This document shows, piece by piece, positions 40,150 through 54,180 of a stretch of DNA of 64,000 bases; position 1 is the stretch's first letter; each line of letters opens with the position of its first letter. The stretch is from Marsupella aquatica (Eukaryota > Plantae > Marchantiophyta): the NCBI GenBank assembly GCA_973895155.1, contig OZ316896.1:3758738-3822737 (forward strand), in the 5' to 3' direction. Below the pieces are notes generated by a model, which worked only from the letters and a program-made list of their open reading frames with translations, made no database searches and was not told the origin of the DNA. The position numbers were made by a program, and so were the translations under genes.

Positions 40150-43100
40150 TGTCAACTCCATAGATGCACAAGAATGCGGACACGATAACGAGAGACTAAA
40201 AGAGTATGTGATTTGAATATGCAGAAGTGTAAATTTCATAATGCCCAAAACAAAGCTGAAGTGGAATACATATGAGACTTGGGGTGGACCTCAGTCCTTA
40301 TCCCACGGTTGTCTTGAGGCAGCCATGTGGCAACGGTAAAAGACTAACAAAGTGGCTTACTGTAAGAATGTCACTAGTGTATGTAAACTGCAGACCAACA
40401 GACACCTGAAGAAATGGGAAGAAGTTTTGACTAGCACAAACAGAAAGGGTAACTTTGACACACCCCCCTGCTCGCCCAAAACAGAGGACCCTTGATGTTT
40501 GAATCCTCCTGTTGATGGAAAGCGTGGACACCCCCCAGAAGAAACATCTCGGATTCTGTCAATGTAGAGCGTATACACCCCCAGATAGAACATTGCATAT
40601 TCCTGTTGGAAGAGACTTGTAGGCCATAAGAGCTGCTTCGCCTAATATTTGACACATAGTTGCGAGAACATGGGAAAGAGGAAAACCTCCATATTCGTAC
40701 ACCTGAGCAATATCCTTCCTCGCTATCAGCCTGTAGAGCACAGCTCTGACAGAGGTCAACATTGTGTTGCACAAAACAATATTAAGCAATGGGTTTTTCA
40801 TTGCAATTATTGAGCTTCAAAACTCCATGTGGCAGGCAAGAACAAAATCCTCAAACCCACGTAGCTTTCGTCAGATGATCTATTGCATCTGAATGTACTT
40901 GAATGCGGTAAGCAAATGTGGTCGTGGTAAGCACATGTGATGATATATTGCATCTGAATGTACTTGATTGTGGTAAGCAAATGTGATCGTGGTAAGCACA
41001 TGTGATGATATATTGCATCTGAATGTACTTGATTGTGGTAAGCAAATGTGATTGTGGTAAGCACATGGGATGATCTATTGCATCTGAATGTACTGTCTTG
41101 ATTGTGGTAAGCAAATGTGATCATGGTAAGCACATGCGATGATCTATTGCATCTGAATGTACTTCATTGTGGTAAGCAATGTGATTGTGGTAAGCACATG
41201 CAATGATCTATTGCATCTGAATGTACTTCATTGTGGTAAGCAATGTGATTGCAGTAAGCAAATGTGATCGTGGTCCGTAATTGTTGGTGTACAATGTTTG
41301 TTGAGAGTGAGAGATGACTATCACCAGCGGCAACTTGACAAACAGGCGACACATTAGGTCGGACCGTAAGTACTTTGAGACCATTGACTTTCCGTGCTGC
41401 AGCAAACTTCTCGCCACTAGTTTGAACAGCAAATTTAGACTGCCATCCATATCCACCGGCAATGCCATCCCACTTCAAACACTCGCAACTTCCCCGGCCT
41501 CCCAACGGACGCAAAGATGCAGACCGGCCAAGCCAATGCTCCACAGCAACGCAACACCAACAACAGACCTTTCTGTGGCCACTCTTCTCACCGATTGGGA
41601 CCAAATTGAACTCCAGTCCCATGGAGCCAAGGCGGAGAAATCTTGGGACAATTCGAGAGAGAGGTTACAATCTTGGACCGGACTGATACGGAAATGCATC
41701 TGCAAGAAGCAGACTAGGCAAGTGAAAGAGAATTCTCTGTAGCACAAACAACAAGAATGATAGACATTTTAGATTTTTGTGGTCGCTCCTTCACTGACCG
41801 GACCCAAATTGAAACACGGCAAGACAAAACGCAAAGAAATCTTGTCACAATTCAAGAGCGAGGTAAGAACCCTTGACTAGACTGTAGTTGAAACGTAGAG
41901 GGAATACTCCATAGAGGTTCGGGTAGGAAAGTCTTTTCTCTTGAAAAAAGAGGGACGCAGGGGCAGGAGACCTGAAGCACTCATCTAGAGCTTGGCCTGA
42001 CAAACACTCCTCCTGAATCACTTATTGACACCAAGGTATACATAAAGGAGACGAATAGCATAGATGCTTAATGTTGGCATGTAGCGAACAAGACGAACAG
42101 ACTCATCAGATCGAAGAAGTAAAAAATGCAAGTTTCCCAACCAGGTGAGACAACCAAACCCGCTCCAATGTTAATCGTGAGTGGTTCATCAACGTAGTCC
42201 TCAAAGTATCACGACAATTACACACAATGTGGTTAGCGCCAGAGTCAAAAATACACATAGCTTTTGTTAGATGATCTGTGGCCTCCAAATGTACTTGATG
42301 AGAGAATTGAGCGAAGGTAAACACATCAAGATATGGAGAAGTCAATGTGGATACTTGGCTGAGGGTAGATGTCTGAATTGCATCGTGCTTTTCAAGTGCT
42401 CCTGAATCTTGAAGCGTTGGATGTTCCCGATCTGGTTGGCTCCACCACTTGTCCTTAGCTTCCTTTGGATCAATTTTAAAGCTGGCGCCGACACATTGAT
42501 TGACTGCATCCAAACAGCGACTAGAGATTGCGCGCCTCCATCTCCTCTCCTAGATACTCAAGCCTGGCTATGAACTGATATTCTTTCTCATCAGTTTCCT
42601 TGACTACTGCTATATTTGTTCATTGATGGAAAGAGTAGCAGTTCCATCGATGAACTTCCACGAGCCAGAGGATTGAGACAAGTATTTTCCATGATTCGTA
42701 ATTGACTCCACCTTACAACTTTTAAAATGAGTGTGAAGAATGGTGGAATGATGCGACATGGTGAGAATTTTTAAAACACTTCTACAGACTGAGAGAAAAG
42801 ACTGTGTAGCTCAAAGAGTGTGTTGTGCAAAAATGCAATCTATTAAATAGAATTAAGGCCCATAACCTGTCAACTCCATAGATGCACAAGAACACAGACA
42901 CGAGAACAAGAGACTAAAAGAGTACGTGATTTGAATATGCAGAAGTGTAAATTTCATAATGCCCGAAACAAAGCCGGAGCGGAATACATATGAGACTCGG
43001 GGTGGACCTCAGTCCTTATCCCACCGTTGTCTCGAGGCAGCCATGTCGCAACGGTAAAAGACTAACAAAGTGGCTTACTGTAAGAATGTCACTAGTGTAT

Positions 43101-43178
43101 GTAAACTGTAGACTAACAGACACCTGGAGAAATGGGAAGAAGTTTTGACTAGCACAAACAGAAAGGGTAACTTTGACA
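40150..43178 (-). mobile_element. Degenerate non-autonomous Ty1/Copia LTR retrotransposon; LTRs 40150-40460 and 42868-43178
   Basis: 311-bp LTRs with TGTCAA...TTGACA ends and about 17 mismatches by my count. Target-site duplication CAAAC on both sides. Polypurine tract caggggggtg next to the left LTR. Primer-binding site GGTTATGGGCC (42867-42857). Gag relic KL*GGVNYESWK near 42700 and protease relic CIFDSGANH near 42240. No RT or integrase recognised. Confidence 0.93.
40874..41274. repeat. Tandem repeat inside the Copia element, about 65-bp unit x6, with about 20-bp sub-repeats
   Basis: gatgatctattgcatctgaatgtacttgattgtggtaagcaaatgtgatcgtggtaagcacatgt starts at about 40874, 40939, 41004, 41069, 41138 and 41202. 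Confidence 0.92.
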
Positions 43179-46100
43179 CAAACCCTCTCAAAATGGGCAA
43201 GGTGGCTATGCCTGCAGGGGCCAAGAAACTTTGTCCCCGTACCTGCACATGAAAAAGCAAAAGCCTACCATTTGCAAATAACGAACAACTCTTGATGATG
43301 TGAAAGAACAATGTATAAAACACAAAGTAAATATGTTGTACCTGCACATCAAAAAGCAACAGCCTATGATTTATCTGGCTATGTAAAACAAACAACATTC
43401 AATGATATAAGAAAACAATGGGGTTTATCCTGGCATTGAAAATTTCTCCAACTTGTGAGCATTGGCCACGGCACAATTACAGACTTATTGATTGATTGCA
43501 ATGTTCTTGACAACAGAGACAAGAAGTGTGAGAATCTATACGATGGAGAGCTCTTACAAGTGTTGCTTGCTAGACTTGTCAGTGGTTACATATAATCGAA
43601 GTCCAATTAATCTGGCACAATGTCTTTATGATAGTTTACGCAGCCTCAAATCTTTTTGGCGATATGTAGTAGAAAATGGCACTGCATGGAGGATGAGCGT
43701 AGTTCCTTAACCCTGACCTGGGGTCTTGCTACTGACCTTCTCCCCTGGTAGCCTTACTCACTGGCTTTGCAAGACACCCACTAGCTCCTTGAGATCATGT
43801 GCACTTCTCTAGCTACTGTAGTGTCCTTAGCCCAACATGGGTCCTGCTACTGACTGTCTCCTCTGGTAGCCCTTGTCACTCGCTCCTTTAGATCACATGC
43901 GGATCTCAAGCTATGGTCCATTGCCCATGGGCATGCAACAAAAGCTCTATTGATGGGCCGTAAAAATTGCACACCAGGAACACCCACCTTGTGGTGCACT
44001 ACTAATTGGAAGCCAACCAGCCTTCTCTATGCTCTGCTTGAATGCACCAGTGCTCATGTGCTACTCTCTTCCCGTGGCCTTGCGTGAGTAGTGACAAATT
44101 TCAGCTGATTGTGGCTGATGCCTTGTGTTAATTTCAGAGCATAACTTTCCATCCTTGGAGCAGCTTGGTCACTTATTTCTGGCCCTGATCCCATATCTAG
44201 TTGGGATCATAACTCTCAGCCCATGACTCTGTTAGCCTTGTTGTTAGCAATGCTACACACAACACCATGGATGTTCAGGGCAACCCGGAGCTCATGATGG
44301 TGCTATCAACAACAACTCATGACCATCTTTTAAAGATGCCTTCTTGGCATAAGGGGGTATTGCAAATGAATGGGTCCGCAACAAAGAGCTTTACAGATAT
44401 GATTGATTGTTTCCTATAGTTGATAATCTGATTATGGACCCCCATGGGAAGCTCCTTCCCAAATTCTTGGATGCAAGTGCAGCCACATCAGCATTATTTG
44501 TCACAAACAAGAACCCTTAGTTATGCAAGAAGAACCAAATTTGACTATTCGTGTTTGAGGCAAAGCAAAGAAAAATAGTTAGACCATGTAATTGTAAAAA
44601 CAATGGAAAACTAAAAAGTAACATTTCAAGTAAACAAAGAAAGGGTAAAATAGGGGTGAGAAAATAAGCTTTGGATGAGTTGTGATTGATATATATCAGT
44701 GTTTTCTGATAATTTGTTTCAATTTTCTATTTAAATTACAGACTTTTGAAATAATGACAAGTAGAAAGAAACTCTTCAACTACTTTAACATTTACCAACT
44801 GAAGGTAGCATAAGAAACCCAATAAACTTTTCAACTTCTGTAACATTTACCAAGGTAACTTATGAAACCCTTTGGCTATTATGGATAAACTAAGGAGTAA
44901 CAATGAAGCAAAAGTAGAAATCACCATAACTAATATGGGTAGAGGAATACCAAGGGACTCTAAGAGCTTTCAACTACTATGGACAAATTAAGTAATATTT
45001 TGCATGAACCATATGCCTGGAATGTTACTAACATGTATTGTAGACATAGAGGTACCAAGGGAAAAGTTTTGCATGGAGAATTACCCTTAGTATTACCATG
45101 AATGTACTCCTATTTGTCTTCAATGAAATTGTCCTAACTACCTTTAAAATTCACTTCATTTAGAATCATCCATTTAATATTTTCCTCTCATCTATCTATT
45201 CCAATGTGCAAGTCTTCATGGCTCCAAATAGTTTAATAAAACAAGCTTACATAACCAAGGGGTCCTCGAACTAGTTGAAAGTAAGAGATATCATCTTTCC
45301 AACTGAAGGAAGGAAGACAAATTGTCACTGCAGAGGGCGACCCAGAGGGTAATAAATTATAGTTTGATCATAGAGTCAAGCAAAGGACCATGGGTAACAA
45401 AACTAACCTGAGTTCTAAAGTCAAGTCCTGATGGTGTGACTAAAACAACCTAAAGGATAATTAATACTTCTATCCACTAAACATTTATTGTATCACTTCA
45501 AACAAAACTTAGCTGTCCATTTCCATAGTGGCAAACCCCCAAAATGGCCTAAGCTTGATTTCCTCAGAATTCTCTTTCGAAAACTGAATTCCATTTTCTC
45601 AAAATTCACTTTTCTCAGAATTTGCATAAATTGTGCCAATTTTGACAAAACCAGACAAAGTTGAAAGTATGGCGTCTAAGGGAGCAGGGGCAGGCAGGTG
45701 GAGTTAGGAGGCAAACTAAGGCTCATGGGGAGTAACATGGAGTCCCATGTTGGGAAAAGTCTTGACACAGCCTGAACTAACCTTTTTCTAATGAAAAATG
45801 TTTAATAAAGGGGGAGGAAGAACAGATTGACTAGCATGTTTTGCCCCATTGAATTGAAAATATTTGACTAAAGGAGAAAACCAAATAATACAAAGCGTGT
45901 CAAACTGCATCAGACCGCATCCGCATCCACTCCTCTGGTTTGAAAGAATTGTGAGAACAATAGGGCAGTTGTTTCTCTGCTTTGAAACCTCCAATTGAAA
46001 GTAAGAAATATCATTTTTCCAAGCCAGGAAAGTAAGAAATATCAATCATCATCTTGGAGTCAATTGGATGATCATGGGTAACTCATAGTCACTCCAAGAA

Positions 46101-48144
46101 ATGAAAAGAAGATAGTAGTACCATTTTAAGCAAAAATTTACTTAGAATTAAAAGACTCCTACTCACAATCCTGGCAATTGGTTTTTGTATTGGGAGGGTT
46201 TTTGGATTACTATAAACTATGCACACAAAATTACAATAATCCATCCTATCATTTTTTATATTGCTGGGTGTTTTCGAGGCAGGGGGACGGTTCTGATCAT
46301 TGTACCATGCTTTCAATGTTTTCCATTGCCGCGGTTGTTTTGTACTAGTGTGGGTAAATGGAACCTATCAATGGATTGTTTTTTGAATTGCCACTAAAGG
46401 ATGTTTTGTGTGTCCCTCCCAATGCCTTGATGTTTCAATCCACGTTGCAGCTTTACAGTACAGTCCTGCCATGTAACTGTAATACCTCGTACCTCTGATG
46501 AGTCCACCCGACCGCCTCAGACCTTGCTCACCACGTACAAGTCTATTGAATTCACTGCACACAATTCCATCAAATCATCAATGAATCCCTTTGCAGCTAC
46601 TCTGAAGTTGAGAGAAGCTGTGAGCTGCAACCGTACTCTTCAGTTTGACCCTTCCTTCCAACCACCCACAGAACCTTCCATGATTTAGGATCATGACGAC
46701 ATTGACGAGATCCAGGACGAGATCGAACGATGAAAACAACCGTCTGAACAATATTCGCTGCATGTCCAGAAAGATTATTGCGTAACATTTGTTGCACTTA
46801 AGCTAGAGTTCTGGATCGAGGTAAGAAACGATCGAGCGGTTTGGAACGTATTTTTCTTGAGTAATTGAATGAATCTTTCGTTGAGATATTGTCGCCATTT
46901 TTTATATGTAACAAGTCAACAAATCTGATCGAGCAGACACTCAGTTCTTTAATTTAGACAAATGATTCGTGTGATTTCAGTTTCGTGTCTGTAGTAGATG
47001 CGTAAATCATGAATGTGCCTTCGGTAATGGCCTCAAGCACAGAATATTCGCACTAAGTTCTCTAAGTTATGGGTGATAACCGTGTACAGAATGAAGGCTT
47101 CCCTGTTTTACATCTATTGCTTCATAAATAATCAGCCAAAAGGCTCATCTAAGAAAAGAGAAATCATGTGACGGTTTAACAATTTAGAGCTTCATCAGGA
47201 ATCTGTTACTTAGATATCTACACATGGTTTCATTGTAAGTTACGAAAGCAATAAATCCTTTGATGTTGATGGCCGACTGAAGGATAGAATTGGCTGCAAA
47301 GGTTTCCACCTGCATGCAGTGAACAGCAGCAGACGTGCGGTACTCTCTCATTGCTAGCTGGTTTAGTTACACAGATAGGCTTCAATTCTACGCATTTTGT
47401 CGGCCAACGATCCATATCGATCCGCGGTGGGGTTTGTTCCCCCATTGGAGTTGGTGCCAGGCCGGTCGGAGCTTCAATTCTGGTGTTGCATGTTCTGCCT
47501 GGATTGGAAAACAATTTCAGAACTGATGATATCATTGCTTGAACTGGAAGTCCTGTCGGCCTGGCCTTCCAGACGTACCATGATGTAACAGGATGAAATA
47601 ATTCAAGATTCGGGAACTTGATGCTCGACGCGTACACACCTGGGAAGTGACAAGTCGCTGGTACAATTAATGGACATACTAGCTAGAAGTCGAAGATGTT
47701 TCCGAGCTCAAAGGCTGTCCGGATATAATTTGACACTACAAATGCACGTGCGGAGCTCGCTCCGGGTGGACGTCCTCTGCCCACAGCTGAGCATCATACG
47801 TTGAAGCTCCCAATTGTTGTGTAGCTGTTAGGTACATTCCGCTATGCCATATGTTCAACGGTTGTAGTCGTGAGCACAAACTTTGGGGTTTGTCTTTGTT
47901 CGATCGCAAACTGGGTTTTACTTTCTTCGTCGTCCAATTGACATCACACACTGTCATGTGTAATTAAGGCGCGGATCATACGGCTACTGAAGGAAGATTG
48001 GCAAAACGGCAAAATTAGATCTCTGCATGGCTTGTTGAGCCCATAGTAGGTTGACTGTTATAGAATACTCGCTGTCAGTAATGCAATAGGGATAGAGCCA
48101 GCTCGAGCACAACATTTTATGCCACACCCTGACACGGATCCAAA

Positions 48145-51100
48145 ATGGTGAACCAAGGCGATACTAGTGCGAAGGAAGGGCTGGGGATGTCAAAGAATGG
48201 GCACTCTCAAGGTATAAGTGATCAACAGGCTCTTGCAGATCATGACAGTCGGGTCAAGTTGGAATCAGTCGAGAAGAAACGTGAAGGAGGTGGCTGGATA
48301 ACCACTCCCTTCATATTTGGTAATCATACACTCACCTCTACCTGAACACTGCAATTGTCACTGTTTTTCACTTCGAATCCTGACTATCTCTGAAACGATT
48401 GTTCACTGACTGTCACTGAAAGATCGTTTCAGAGGCAGTCAGGATACGAAGCAGAAAACAATTTAGCTTTGTCAGCGACCTGATGTGAAGTCTACATAGC
48501 CATGAAACAGGTCAGATTTTGCGTCATTCTAAACAGGACAGTTGCCAATATATATATGGATCAACTCAAATCACTCCAATGCTAGGATAACAATTGCTTT
48601 TCGATTTGTTGAATGAAACTCGTAGGGTGCGAGGCGGCGGAGGGTCTTGCCGGTTTTGGAGCCCGCGCGAACTTGATCAGCTTCTTGACACAACTAATGC
48701 ATTTGAGGACGTTGGCGGCTGCAACACTTCTAAATGGTCTTTCAGCTATGACAGCGGTCTGTTCTTTGCTTGGCGCATTTGTTGCCGATGCGTACTTGGG
48801 CCGATTCACAACAATCGCTCTTGGTTCCTGGATAAACATAGCGGTGAGGGCTCCACATTACTGAACTGTCCTCAATTCGTTGTATACAGATTTCAACAGA
48901 CGAGTTTCGAGTGCACGGTTGTTCAATCCTACACGCTCACGATATCAACCCTTCTGTAGGGCGAGTTGAAATTTTCTGAGCTGGAACTAACAGCTTTCTT
49001 TATAAGTTAGTAGACTAACGTAGTCGGAAGAACCGCAGGGGTTATTTACATTGACGATCATAGCATGGCACAAGACGCTGCATCCGCCAGCATGCACAGT
49101 CGTGGAGTCCAATGCAGGAGCCTGCCAGAAAGCCTCGAATCTGCAGTTGGGAATTCTCTACCTTGCTTTTGCACTGATGGCATTGGGATCAGGCGGGATT
49201 CGTCCGTGTGTAGCCCCCTTTGGAGCCAGCCAGTTCGATCAGACCCACCCGGAGGAGAGGAAGCAGCTGAAGCACTACTTCAACTGGTACGGTACCTTCA
49301 TACTGGCACCCTACGTGCCTCATTTGCAAATTTGTTGTGAGAAGATTCGAACATAGTTTTCGCTAAGCTAAAAAATTCCATCTCAAGCACAAAAGTCTCT
49401 TGAGCGTACTTCACCTCGGTTGTAGGATGTGTTCCTTGATTATCTCAAACTGGGCTGGAATCGTTGACTCCTAGGTACTTCTTTACGGTATCATTTGCAA
49501 TGCTCTTGGGGAGCACAATTATCGTGTACATTCAAGACAACATCGGATGGGCGCTCGGCTTTGGAATTCCAACCATGGCCGTCTTTCTGTCGATTGTATT
49601 CTTCTTTGGAGGAATGCGCCTGTACAGGTAATCGACAAACTCCGTAATTGTTGATTACCGGGTTCATGTCAGCCATTTGGGCAGCTTTTGCGACATATAG
49701 GCAAATCGAGGTTAGACGTACTAGCACAAGTGTCGATCTGCAGTATGACTATACGGTCGCTTTAGTTTCAAAGCATCTTCAAAGTTTAATCTCAGTACTA
49801 GAGCAGCAGAATTGAACTGCCAGTTCGTTTTCTGTCAGTAGTGAATGTGGCAAATCGACATTGCTGGCAGCTGCTCGGTTTGCATGCGTTGAAGTCGGAC
49901 AAGATTGCACGATGCTGATTAAAATCACTTTATCTATTGGTTTTATCTGAATAATCATAACATGAATGCGATCGGGAATGCGATTTCTGAAGACTGGATG
50001 CTGCCAATGGCATGGGTGGGTCGTTGCACTGGGAAGTTAGCTGGCTTTAGATCACAGCATGCAGCACGTAATCAAAAATCCACATCCCGTCAGAGAGTTT
50101 CCACACCAATTTTCAAACTAAGCTTATACTCGATTCCTCGTGCATGATGTGCTACTAACTTCGTTAAATCCGTTACTTTATACTTCAAATATCGGTAAGA
50201 ATAGAATACTAAACCAAGTGTTTCTCCCCGGGAAGAAAATTACCATTTTGTTAGATCTGTAAACACCCTTAGTTAGGAGAATGTCATTCGATTGATTCAG
50301 GAACTTCCTCAATTTCCTTAATGATAGTTTTCCATTAGCTTGGTACCATAACGAAAGTTTTCCATCAGCGAGCTGCGTACAGTCACTATACTTTTCCACT
50401 CGCTTCTAGAGTCTCTACCTAGCTGTTAAAAATATATAAAAAATACACTTCGACAATAAGGCGGAATTGCTCTGAAGGCCAGTCCCCCAGCATCGCCCCC
50501 CCCTCAGAAAAAACAACAAAGACGGAGGGGTCTTACTAGATAACATGAATCCTGGGTGCTCATTAATGTGAAGTTTCCTTCCCTGCACTTCACTAGCAGT
50601 AACTTTGTTTGTAAGCTTTGTGAGGTTCGTTAGCAATATTAAAAATCAGAATTTGCTAGCTTTTGTAGTGGACTGTAGTGGACATGACGGCTTACTGCAA
50701 ACTTGAGGGATGATGATCGAGCGAGAGCCTTTCTGTAATCTCACACGTAATACATAATTTCATGCGCTACGGTCACTACAGGTACAACCCTCCTCGAGGT
50801 AGCCCATTCACCAGAATGGCACAGGTCGTCGTCGCCGCAATTCGGAAGAGGAAGCTGGCAGTGCCAGAGGATCCGACGAGGCTCTACCACGGCGGTACCA
50901 ATATAAATGGAGGCGAGAGCGAGGACCTCGAGAAACCAAGTAGCGACGACGACGAAGCTGCAGTCGAACCCGTTACGGAGCTGAATCATTCTGTAAATGA
51001 TGCGAAGTCGCCAATTATCATCCGAATGAATCTAGCAGGAGGTGGACAAGCCCCAGTGACAGACGTTTGCACTGCTCCAGGTGAGCAGAAATTGGACGCG

Positions 51101-53255
51101 GCGGCTGATGAAGAAAAGAAGCTCGAAGTGAAGAAGATTAATGCAGACACATTCAAAGCGGAGAAGACGGATGAGAATTTGATTGAGAAACAGAATGGGC
51201 ATGAGAAAGTATACGACAAGGAGAATCATGCTGCAGAGGAGCACTTGGAAAACAGCCGCGAGGCAATGACGGTGGGGTCTCACTATGGAATTGAAGGCGA
51301 CGACAGTGCCATCGTGCTACGTCACAGCGACCAGTTTCGGTAGATTCTCTTGAAATGAGTGTAGCTCTTTCTTAGCTTGTGTCAGTTGTTTCAATAGTCT
51401 TAAATTACTTGTCTCCTTAATTGCTTGCACTTCTAAGGGATTTCTCTAGTTGTTGGTAGAAGCTTTTCTACAGACCGCAGAAATGACATGAATGCCTATG
51501 AGAGATCACTCGAAAAACAATACTAAGTACGGGTGTTCGGATATATTCCCTGATTTGGTCCCAAAATACCCACGACAAATAGTCGGTAAGCATACTCCAG
51601 ATCGTGAAATCAATCACTAGGCAATCACTTTGTTATTGTACAACATTGAGCAAAAAAGTAAAATCTCAAAAAGATCGAAATCTAGTTCAGAAGCACAAAT
51701 ATCACGAATTTCATCGTGAAAAATAACGATTCAAACAGCAGGAGAAAGCTGGGTCAGAACTAATGTAAAAGATTCAAACAAGAATGGGAAAACAGAGACA
51801 TGAATAGTTACGGCCACTCCTTCCTCATCGGGCAAGGATTCTTGATTCTTGAAATCGAGTCTCCATATTATGACTAATTCTTTTTTCATTAATCACTGCG
51901 AAAACAAAGAGGACGTGATTTCCTTTCCTTTCCTTAGTGTTTTAAACTTTTCTCGTTTACATCTAGACGTACAGGTTCCTCTACTTTACTTCTGAAAACC
52001 TCGCATCATAGGGTAGCACTCGTCCTTATGAATTTATGATAAACACATGTCACCGCGCGCGAATCTGTTCCCCACCTACGAACCATCGATTTATAACTTG
52101 GATGTAGTACACATTGAAGCTTTGCATATCCTGCTTGACTTACTTAATCAGACAGCAAATTTCATCCTTTAAATGCAGGTTCTTTGATAAAGCGGCCATT
52201 GCGGTATCGCAGGACTGGTGCAATTCGTATGGAAACGAAGGCCAGATCCTAAAATCCAGGTTAAATTCATGGAGTCTGTGTTCAGTCCATCACGTGGAAG
52301 AGCTGAAGTGCATGGTGAGGCTGGCACCGATGTGGGTCACGGTTATACCAATGGCCTTGGCCATGACTGCGGAAAGGACTTACGGAGTGGAGGTATATTA
52401 CTCGTCCACCGATCACTCCCCATACCTGCAATCTGAGCGAGTTGCTGTGCATTCTCATTTACCCAACTGAAGGCGATGATATAGCTTGCAAGCTGGTTAT
52501 GCATGACTCAAAGTTCGATATAATTGAACGACGACTTCCATTTTTGAGTTCAATCTCGAGCTACGTACAAAATTGTTTGAAATGTGCAGCAAGCGAGGAC
52601 TATGGACCGCCACTTGGGGCATTTTGTCATCCCTGCAGCGAGCTTTTCAATATTCTCAACCATCACAGTGCTTATCTGGTTACCCATCTACGACAAGAAA
52701 ATAACCCCGATCTTGAGGAGATACACCGGCAAAGAGAGAGGAATCACCTTCCTGCAAAAAATAGCAGTGGGGATGGTTCTCCAAATTTTGGGTCATCTCG
52801 TAATAACACTAGTAGAGCACAAGAGAAGAGGGGCTGCTCATCACTATGAGCTCGTTGACAAGCCACACAATACGATCCCAATCTCTGCATTTTGGCTATT
52901 GCCGCAGCATGTCATTAATGGCCTGGCTGAGAGCTTTATAATGGTTGGGCACATCGAGTTTTTCTATTACATGCTGCCGGAGCATTTGACAACCACTGGC
53001 TCTGCTCTCTTCCTGACAGCCACCACCATCGGCGCAAGTTTGAATACGGCCCTTCTGCAGGTTGTTGAAAAGGTTACCACATGGCGCGGCCATCCGGGGT
53101 GGCTGGACAACAACATCAACAAAGCTCACCTGGACTACTTCTATGGGCTTTTGACGGTCGCGCTTGTTCTGGACTTGGTGCTCTACCTCGTGGTGGCCCG
53201 TTGGTACAAGCGACAACGGCATCTCAACCAGATTATGGATCAATCAAGCATGTAG
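48145..53255 (+). CDS. NRT1/PTR family (NPF) transporter; exons 48145-48319, 48626-48843, 49039-49286, 49475-49627, 50782-51339, 52179-52392, 52590-53255
   Basis: GGWITTPFIFG; LLGAFVADAYLGRFTTI; LGSGGIRPCVAPFGASQFD; YFNWY; VYIQDNIGWALGFGIP; GSPFTRMAQVVVAA; FFDKAA; LCSVHHVEELK; QARTMDR; SAFWLLPQ; WLDNNINKAHLDYFY. Junctions are GT-AG and phase-consistent. Confidence 0.95.
48362..48460. other. Imperfect hairpin of about 49 bp in NPF intron 1
   Basis: tgtttttcacttcgaatcctgactatctctgaaacgattgttcactgac pairs with gtcactgaaagatcgtttcagaggcagtcaggatacgaagcagaaaaca. Confidence 0.8.
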
Positions 53256-54180
53256 TTACCGAAGCAAACTCTTGCAAGCATTTGACACACTGCATTCATC
53301 GTAATTGTCTACAGAGATACGAATTTTCTACAATCAGGAGTGAAAGCTGAGTTGAAAGTACGTACAGAGAGTGCACGTGTTTCCATCACAGATGCGAAGT
53401 GTGATCTCTTTTCACATCATAGTTCTTGTAACTACTCCTTTGTAATACAAATTTCCTTGAGCGCCTCCGTCGAAAACAACTTAATTTGAAACGTTCCTCG
53501 TGTACGTGCTTTCAACTTCATGGCACGGCAGGATGAGGTATTGAGGAAGTCTTTTGTACCACTGAAAATCTGGACTGAACATCTCTACGCCAGCGACAAG
53601 GCTTTTAATTTGGACATGACAACCAAACAAGAAACCAATGGAAACCAACGAAACCGGCATCTTGCCAAGTCATATTTGAGTGACAGCTAGACGAGGTATG
53701 GCACGTTGAGTAGTCCCTCCCTCGTCGAATTAATTCGTTGCCCGGCCCTGATTTTGGAAAATGAATCAAAACACTTTTGAGTTTCTCAGTAGTTTTACCA
53801 CACAACAGCAGAATATATATTGAAGGATTCCATAATAGAGAGTACAAACTCAGCATCGTGTCAAATATATAGACTCTAGAGCATTCGACAGGCCTCTAGT
53901 CCTGACACGATTTACGGATCAGATTTGTAAACTAAAACGATCTAAGAGCCAAGAACAAGCTTTTGTAGGGTGTATAGATTAAGAAGGTCAGACCTCCACC
54001 CCATTATTTAGACATTGTAGAATTGGCCCAATTACATCTCAATGGTACTAAACAAAGCTAAGTTGTAGGACCACAACACTTAATTCGGAGCGTTTTCCAA
54101 AGTGCCTCACACATACATATAGGACCTAACTTCGAGCGCAAATTAAGCCTTTTTCCCATCTCCGGGTCATGCATACACAC

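Noticed and set aside
40874-41274. Possible CRISPR-like array (also considered for 12965-15270 and 3084-3355)
   Set aside because: The units are contiguous repeats without unique spacers, no cas genes are present, and the context is eukaryotic.
43400-46100. Possible Harbinger/Myb or other DNA-transposon relics
   Set aside because: Only vague resemblance, many stops, and no termini or target-site duplication identified.
53857-53910. Weak inverted repeat (tcgtgtca...tgacacga)
   Set aside because: The stems are short and interrupted, within chance expectation.
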